Assembly: GCA_039815185.1 (NCBI GenBank) | Contig: JBCBZT010000030.1 | Span: 37,477-101,476, forward strand | DNA: 64,000 nt | From: Cyanobacteria bacterium P01_A01_bin.123 | Lineage (GTDB): Bacteria > Cyanobacteriota > Cyanobacteriia > Phormidesmidales > Phormidesmidaceae | Reading direction: 5' to 3' | Part shown: positions 57,903 to 64,000 of the stretch, piece after piece | Numbering within the stretch: the stretch's first letter is position 1 | How the letters are laid out: the number at the start of each line of letters is the position of its first letter | Notes under the pieces: generated by a model | The model's database searches: none | The model's input: only the letters and a program-made list of their open reading frames with translations | Told to the model about the DNA's origin: nothing | Translations under genes and position numbers: made by a program

Positions 57903-59083
57903 CAGTCAACGGCCTGCTTGAGGGCTGCTATTAGCTTATCGAGATGGGCTGGGGTGTGCGTGGCCATCAGCGTAATTCGTAGCCGACTGGTGGGGGTGGT
58001 GGGGGGACGCACGGCAGAGACAAATACCCCAGCCTGCCGCAGCTTCTGCCCTAGCTCAAGCACCGTGGCCGCATCTTTAACTTGCAAACAGATAATGGGT
58101 GAGGCCGAGGGCAATCGTCGCATCGGAGAGGCTGTATCCGGGGGAAACAGCCTGTCGAGCTGCTGTGTTAGATAGCGCTGGTGTGCTTGGAGATGCTGAC
58201 GACGTTCAGGTTCTTGTTGCACCAGGACGATCGCGGCCAATGCCGCCGCCGTATCCGCCGGAGACAGACCCGTGGTGTAAATCCAGGTCGGTGCCCGGTT
58301 TCGCAAAAACTCAATCAGTGGCTTAGCCCCAGTAACGTAGCCGCCCAAACTGCCCAGCGCTTTGCTTAAAGTCCCCATTTGAATTAACGGTCGGCCCTTA
58401 CAACCCAACGCTTCCACTCCCCCCGCCCCGTTTTGGCCCAGAACGCCAGTGCCATGGGCTTCATCCACCATCACCATGCAGTCAAACCGCTCAGCGATCT
58501 CTAAAATGCTGGGCAGTGGGCACAAATCCCCATCCATGCTGAATACACTATCCGTGACGATCAGGGCACGACGGGCCCGATCGCGGTTAGCCGCTAACTT
58601 AGTTTGCAAATCGTTCAAGTCACAGTGGTCGTAGTCCACTACCCTGGCGCCACTCAAGACTGCGCCTTTTTTCAAACTGGAATGATTGTACTCGTCGCTA
58701 AGAATTAAGTCCTTCTGCCCCATCAGTGCTGATACTGTCCCCAAATTAGCCGCATAGCCCGAGCTGAATACTAGGGCATCTGCCGTTTGCTTCAAGGTCG
58801 CGATCGCCCGCTCTAACTCCCCATGGAGGGGGCGGTGACCACTTAGGAGGCGCGATCCGGTACTACCTGTGCCGTACTGCTCAATCGCCGCGATCGCTGC
58901 CTTAGCCAACCGGGGATCACTCGCCAATCCTAAATAATCATTGCTGGCAAAATTCACCAAGCGATCGCCATTCAACCAAATTTCCGGCCCTGGCTTGCTA
59001 TCAATCGCCTGTACAGACCGATACCAATGGACTTTATGCAACGTCGTCAACGATCGCTCAATCCAGCTATAGGGATCTGCCAT
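57902..59083 (-). CDS. bioF: 8-amino-7-oxononanoate synthase
   Basis: [37 protein letters not shown]. Confidence 0.93.
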   Translation of the reverse strand: MADPYSWIERSLTTLHKVHWYRSVQAIDSKPGPEIWLNGDRLVNFASNDYLGLASDPRLAKAAIAAIEQYGTGSTGSRLLSGHRPLHGELERAIATLKQTADALVFSSGYAANLGTVSALMGQKDLILSDEYNHSSLKKGAVLSGARVVDYDHCDLNDLQTKLAANRDRARRALIVTDSVFSMDGDLCPLPSILEIAERFDCMVMVDEAHGTGVLGQNGAGGVEALGCKGRPLIQMGTLSKALGSLGGYVTGAKPLIEFLRNRAPTWIYTTGLSPADTAAALAAIVLVQQEPERRQHLQAHQRYLTQQLDRLFPPDTASPMRRLPSASPIICLQVKDAATVLELGQKLRQAGVFVSAVRPPTTPTSRLRITLMATHTPAHLDKLIAALKQAVD

Positions 59084-59085
59084 TT

Positions 59086-59592
59086 CTATCTGATACGGCC
59101 ATCGGGAATCCACGCCAGCGGATCGCCCCCAACGCCCACTACCCCTTGCTGTGGCGAGAAGGTCACCACAATCACGTTGGCATCAGAACGCCCGACATCC
59201 AAATATCCCGTTGCCCAAGTGTCAAAGCGTGTCACCCCGGTGATCTGCAAGCGATAAGCGCCTTCGGTCAGAAGCAGGCGCTGTCGCCGATCATGGGTGC
59301 CCATCGAGGCTACCCGCTGATCGTTGAGATAAATCATGGCCCACTCTGTCCCTAACCCGACAAACTCCACCACCACTTGCCGTCTCGGTTCTTCAGGAAT
59401 CGTGGGGAAAGGGAAATAAATGTTGACATCAGCGAGCTGAATGGGTTCAATCGCGCCAGCCAACGCTGATGAGCCGGAGGTATTGGCGGCAATCGCTGCT
59501 GCCCCCGTCGCGATCGCTAGAACACCTCCCATTAGGCTAATGCCCATCGATTTTAGCCAGGGATGTAAGCTCACGGCGCAATCGCGTTTCAT
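59086..59592 (-). CDS. Hypothetical secreted protein
   Basis: Signal-like [10 protein letters not shown], beta-rich domain; 2-bp gap to bioF. Confidence 0.6.
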   Translation of the reverse strand: MKRDCAVSLHPWLKSMGISLMGGVLAIATGAAAIAANTSGSSALAGAIEPIQLADVNIYFPFPTIPEEPRRQVVVEFVGLGTEWAMIYLNDQRVASMGTHDRRQRLLLTEGAYRLQITGVTRFDTWATGYLDVGRSDANVIVVTFSPQQGVVGVGGDPLAWIPDGRIR

Positions 59593-59815
59593 GATGTTTC
59601 TAATGCTCGAAAGGAATACTGTCTCTTCTAGGATAGACCCAACTTTATCGAGGGAAGTTTCTCAGCCGCAGATCTCAGGCTCCCTCAATGGTTCATAAAC
59701 CTGTCACTCAACCCACTTGAGATTGACAGGTGACAGCTTTACCCATTGGTCATCATGCGAAACGACAACCCTATCCACCGTCAGATTCCGCGCGATCGAC
59801 GACTAGCGGCCACCT

Positions 59816-60037
59816 CTACTCAAACTTTTCAAGCTGATCAAGTCGCAGCCAGATATTAGGCGTTGGCACCCGCCCAAACTTAATCAGGCCATAGTCCCCA
59901 CGGGTTTCCAAAATTTCCCCTGCGGTTTCGTAGATATAAGGTGGAAACCGAGTGTCGCTGGCCGTTGCCTCCACACTGTTCTCAAGCTTTTCTTGAATCA
60001 CCTTAACCAAGTCACCGCGTTTAACTGTCGCTGCCAT
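59816..60037 (-). CDS. ndhO: NDH-1 subunit O
   Basis: LENSVEA.ASD.RFPPYI, VPTPNIWLRLDQL. Confidence 0.92.
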   Translation of the reverse strand: MAATVKRGDLVKVIQEKLENSVEATASDTRFPPYIYETAGEILETRGDYGLIKFGRVPTPNIWLRLDQLEKFE

Positions 60038-60137
60038 ACCGTTAATTTCCCCTTGTTCGCCTTAAAACGCCTTACATCAGCCCTCTAGCATTGTAAAGCA
60101 ACAACTCATCTCCCCATCTCCCTATTCCCCCAAGACC

Positions 60138-60986
60138 TCACCGCTGACACCGCGGGCAATAATGCGCCGATCGCCCCGCCAATTTCAAGCGCTCAATAGG
60201 CGTTCCACAGACCCGACAGGGTTCCCCCTCTCGGTCATAAACCCAGGCCACCCCGCCATAATTGCCATTGATACCTTGGATGTCCCTAAAATCGCTAAAC
60301 GTGGTTCCCCCTGACTCAATGCTCGTCGTCAACACCTGACGCAAAGCTTCATGCAAGCGGTGAAGTCGGCGATCGCCCAAGCGGCTACACAGCGTCTTAG
60401 GTCGAATACCGCTGAGAAAAAGCGCTTCGTCGGCATAGATGTTGCCCACCCCGGCCACCAAAGCTTGATCTAACAGGGCGTTTTTGATCGGCCGCGATCG
60501 CCCCTTAAACCAACGCCGCAGATAGGGTACAGAAAACTCATCACTAAAGGGCTCAGGGCCTAGCCTCAATAACCCGGTAATAATTGTTTCTGGTGAGTAC
60601 GCTGGTGGTACCCACCACACTCGCCCAAAGGTGCGCTGATCCACAAATCTCAACTCTCGCTGGTCGTTGAAAAACCAGCGCACCCGGCAGTGTTTTTGCA
60701 AGGGAGCCGCTTGTGTCACCCAAAGCAGTTGCCCCGTCATCCGCAGGTGAACCCCCAGCCATCCCCCCGGTTCATGGGTTGGTGTTTTGAGTTCAACCAG
60801 AAGATACTTACCCCGACGGTGCCACTGCACAAAAGATAGACCCGTAACACCGGCCAAGAAATCTGAGGGCGACAACGGAAATGCCACCGTCCGCGTCAGA
60901 TGAATCTCACACCCGTGTATTAACTGGTTGAGCGTGACCCGATTGAGCCCACGACGCACCGTTTCAACTTCAGGTAACTCGGGCAC
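60138..60986 (-). CDS. mutM: Formamidopyrimidine-DNA glycosylase
   Basis: MPELPEVE, HLRMTG, GVGNIYADE, C-terminal zinc finger. Confidence 0.96.
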   Translation of the reverse strand: MPELPEVETVRRGLNRVTLNQLIHGCEIHLTRTVAFPLSPSDFLAGVTGLSFVQWHRRGKYLLVELKTPTHEPGGWLGVHLRMTGQLLWVTQAAPLQKHCRVRWFFNDQRELRFVDQRTFGRVWWVPPAYSPETIITGLLRLGPEPFSDEFSVPYLRRWFKGRSRPIKNALLDQALVAGVGNIYADEALFLSGIRPKTLCSRLGDRRLHRLHEALRQVLTTSIESGGTTFSDFRDIQGINGNYGGVAWVYDREGEPCRVCGTPIERLKLAGRSAHYCPRCQR

Positions 60987-61015
60987 AGACCACCCACAAA
61001 CAAATCACAAAAAAT

Positions 61016-61044
61016 AAGTCTCAGCCATAGTGTAGCTGAGACTT
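61016..61044 (-). terminator. Terminator hairpin between psaE and mutM
   Basis: Minus strand aagtctcagc-tacactatg-gctgagactt followed by ATTTTTT. Confidence 0.7.
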
Positions 61045-61167
61045 GCAACCGATTATGCTGTAACCCAAGGCTAATCTAAGGGGAATGTACATAGAGTAAC
61101 CCAATGGACAAACCCGTAGACCGAGTCTTAGATCTAGAAAACTAAACCCTAGAAGGATAAGCTGACC

Positions 61168-61374
61168 TTACTTTTTGCCTTTGGGGCCAGACACTTCAAC
61201 GAGTTCAGACTCGGCGAAATTGTTGGTGTTAATCCCGGAGTAGTTAACCTTACCAAAGCGCACAACCACGTTGTACTTAATTCCACTTTGGTCAACGGTT
61301 GCAACGGTACCCGTATCTTGATACCAGTAGGATTCCTTGCGGAGAACGCGAACTGTAGAACCACGCTGAACCAT
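61168..61374 (-). CDS. psaE: Photosystem I subunit IV
   Basis: [14 protein letters not shown]...GTVA.VDQ...VVRF.KVNY. Confidence 0.96.
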   Translation of the reverse strand: MVQRGSTVRVLRKESYWYQDTGTVATVDQSGIKYNVVVRFGKVNYSGINTNNFAESELVEVSGPKGKK

Positions 61375-61686
61375 GAATATTCCCCTTCTTTAAAGACCAA
61401 TTGTTAATGGTGGATGAGCACCATAGGACTTGTTCATCAGCGTACTATCTCAAGGGCGTAAACTGACAACTCGTCCATTTAAGTTTTATTGCCAATCCAC
61501 TGCCTGCCGCAACATAAATTTATCCCTAAGCAACCCTTGCCCGGAATCAGGAAATGATTTTCGCCGCAAAATTTTCCATAAAAAGAAGGCAAACGTATAA
61601 AAGTCAAAAGTCCTCTCCTGATAGACTCCTGACTTTTAGCGTGCTTCTCTATCCAGCGTTCCTAACTTAAATCAGCGCTTTATGAT

Positions 61687-62499
61687 CTAACCCTGAGATT
61701 GCACAAATTGGGGTGCAGGGGGAAGTGTCGGCAGGTTATTAACAGATGCCTGGGAGGCTGGAACTGCGCTATTAGCAGCTTCAGCAGATGCCGTTTCTGT
61801 CATTGTTCCAACAGTAACCGCAACCTCAATACCGTTCTCTTCGAGGATGACGCGGGGCTCTAATCCTTCGCGAATCTCAATTCGCTTCACAAGAATTCGA
61901 CCATTTGACAGTCGCTGACCCGCAGTCACATAGCGACTGGTAGGTTCCCCTGGTGCTTGCACAATGGCGTGGGTTGTGTTGCCAACCTGCACCACCCCCG
62001 ATACCCCAACAGCTTGGGCTAACTGAGGTTGTGGTAATGATGGCAACGGTTGAATCGGGCTAACGCCGCCAGGGGTTTGATTGACGCCAGACGGGAGTAT
62101 GGCTATTGGCCCTTGAGTACCTGGAGAGTCGCCTCTAGCATCAGAAGGATCGTCAGGAGCCTCTGGCAGCTCAACCAAAATAGGGGTCGCGGGCACAACT
62201 GTGGCAAACGGATCGCTACGACTGGTACTGACACGGCTTGCTCGCTCATCAGGATTAGTTGACCGGATGAGTTCAGCCGCTGCGATCGCCGCTGCACCTG
62301 GAGCGACTGGAACAATCGGTTCTGTAAACTCTTCAGACTGCTCCGCTTCATTGGTAGGTAGCGGAACGCCATCTAAGACAAGCTCATCATCAGGAGTGGA
62401 TGCATTGTCACCTCCATTAAGAAACCCATCGATAAAGCCACAACCTGCAACAGCAAAGGCTCCAAACCCAACTAACAACAATAATGAGAGGCGACGCAT
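61687..62499 (-). CDS. Lipoprotein with PilP/GspC-like C-terminal domain (putative)
   Basis: GGAGGA RBS, AVAGC lipobox, RSDPF, VSGVV..G...AIV..PG...RYV..GQRL..G. Confidence 0.65.
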   Translation of the reverse strand: MRRLSLLLLVGFGAFAVAGCGFIDGFLNGGDNASTPDDELVLDGVPLPTNEAEQSEEFTEPIVPVAPGAAAIAAAELIRSTNPDERASRVSTSRSDPFATVVPATPILVELPEAPDDPSDARGDSPGTQGPIAILPSGVNQTPGGVSPIQPLPSLPQPQLAQAVGVSGVVQVGNTTHAIVQAPGEPTSRYVTAGQRLSNGRILVKRIEIREGLEPRVILEENGIEVAVTVGTMTETASAEAANSAVPASQASVNNLPTLPPAPQFVQSQG

Positions 62500-62798
62500 C
62501 GTTAGGTCCTCCAGGACGGTATCTACCAAGGAATAACAAAAACCGGACAATAAAATATCCTTAATGCCGTAAGGGCACCCCTAAAGATAACCTAAATTGC
62601 TTTAAAGGACACAGCTTTTTGAAATTTCAGTCATTCCACGGACTGTGAATTGACATAGTCAGCAGCTTGCCTGACACCCTTGTGTAGTGACATAGACCTT
62701 AGGGTTTATCTCCGTAGCTTCAAAGACCTAAGCGCTACAGTACTTAAATTCTGGGCACTATGCCGTGTCAGTATCATCCACCCGGGATACCTAGCCCC

Positions 62799-63593
62799 TT
62801 AATCAAAGACTTCTTCAGAATCCTCTGATCCACCCATAAGATTCCGGAGGCACTTCAGACCTTTTTTAACTCGGCGAGAAACCGTCACAGCACTGATACC
62901 CAGTTGTTCAGCGGTCTCCTTTTGAGTTAAGTCTTTCAAAAAGACAAACTCAAGAACCTCACGGGTGCGCCTTTCAAGCTGAGACAGTGCCAACTGGAGG
63001 CGAATTTGATCTTCCTGAGCCAGCTGGAAACTTCGATACTTGGGGTCAGGGAGCAAATCTCCGAGAGAAGCAACCCCTTCCTCGCCCTCAGCCATCGGAG
63101 CATCCAGGCTAATCAAGGAGCGATTTCGGCCTGCCAGCTTAACTTGATGCCATTCTTCTAAGGTGATTTCCATGGCCTGAGCCACTTCAATGTCTGTGGG
63201 TTGACGATGTAAATCTACCTGCAAGGCCCGAATTACCCGAGTAGATTGATTTTGAAGCGCTTGCCAACGCCGGGGGATCTTCATGGCGCCCCCTTTATCC
63301 CGCAAATAATGTTGAATTTCGCCCCGAATGTAAGGAATGGCAAATGAGCTAAATGCATAGCCCTTAGACAAGTCGAACCGTTCGATAGCGCGAATGAGCC
63401 CTAGACTCCCAACTTGCATCAGGTCTTCGAAGCTTTCGCCTGACTGGTGAACCCAGCGATGAGCTTCACGACGCACCAACCCAATATTCATTTGTACCAA
63501 CTGATTGCGCAGGTCAGATGAGCTTAACTGATGATACTTCTGTAGCAACTCCAGAGTGTCCCCTTTGAGTTCGGTAGAGCGTTGGGTTAACAT
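62799..63593 (-). CDS. sigF: Group 3 sigma factor SigF
   Basis: LRNQLVQMNIGLVR.EAH, GLIRAIERFD, YIRGEIQHYLRDK, YRSFQLAQEDQIRL. Confidence 0.9.
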   Translation of the reverse strand: MLTQRSTELKGDTLELLQKYHQLSSSDLRNQLVQMNIGLVRREAHRWVHQSGESFEDLMQVGSLGLIRAIERFDLSKGYAFSSFAIPYIRGEIQHYLRDKGGAMKIPRRWQALQNQSTRVIRALQVDLHRQPTDIEVAQAMEITLEEWHQVKLAGRNRSLISLDAPMAEGEEGVASLGDLLPDPKYRSFQLAQEDQIRLQLALSQLERRTREVLEFVFLKDLTQKETAEQLGISAVTVSRRVKKGLKCLRNLMGGSEDSEEVFD

Positions 63594-64000
63594 AGTGACT
63601 TTTTATTTCAAGAACAATGCACTTCCTACGGTCTCGGACTTGTATCTCTGAACAGGTCGGATAAATCCGTGAGGGCTATGAGGGTTACACAATCGCCGTT
63701 AAAGCCAGAATTGATTAATATCTTAGCGATTAGCTGCGTTTACAAACTCATACAAACGTATAAGATGCAAAATTTTGTAGCTGGTGTCAACTTTCGACAC
63801 CTCTACAAGAGTAAAAGTTCATTCTGGACAATACAAGGGCGTTTTCACGGATCAACCCTCGAAAGGTGGGGCTCACTTTGAGGAAATTGTAGCTTTGCCA
63901 TCTGGTTCTATATCAGTTCAATACAAACAATAATGGGGAGAGTGCTGTACTCTCCCCATTTACCCCTTGATGCCGGGATAGCTCGCTGTGCACAAAAGTG

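Noticed and set aside
57505..57909. Alternative-frame ORF or frameshift downstream of bioF
   Set aside because: The 57372..57902 frame has a TGATG coupling and TM segments; the alternative has neither
1..64000. GCGATCGC as a novel repeat
   Set aside because: This is the well-known cyanobacterial HIP1 palindrome

Overview
Cyanobacterial chromosomal window (abundant HIP1 GCGATCGC; gene content fits a filamentous Leptolyngbya/Nodosilinea-like organism, which is inference). Core genes include msrA, cobA, tatC, rodZ, flv3, flv1, ssrA (tmRNA), gshB, bioF, ndhO, mutM, psaE and sigF. Two accessory regions stand out. (1) About 13.1-23.5 kb is a HIP1-poor mosaic built from a decayed tandem duplication. 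It carries a CocE/NonD hydrolase, a Crp-like regulator, several pseudogenes, and an AraC-linked pair encoding a secreted SnoaL-like protein and a secreted tandem-AhpD/CMD protein with Ca-binding DxDxDG repeats. (2) About 38.6-49.7 kb holds a Nit1C nitrilase/radical-SAM cluster with NtcA-type promoters, and a far-red/low-light antenna operon (apcD4-apcB3-isiX) sits between nitH and a GAF-LuxR regulator. Other leads are a stand-alone dual-Cys cyanobacteriochrome GAF gene tightly linked to a DEDDh exonuclease with an HTH-like tail, and a PilP-like lipoprotein next to sigF. No CRISPR array, rRNA, tRNA, integrase or transposase was seen. All assignments were made by eye from motifs; no searches were run.
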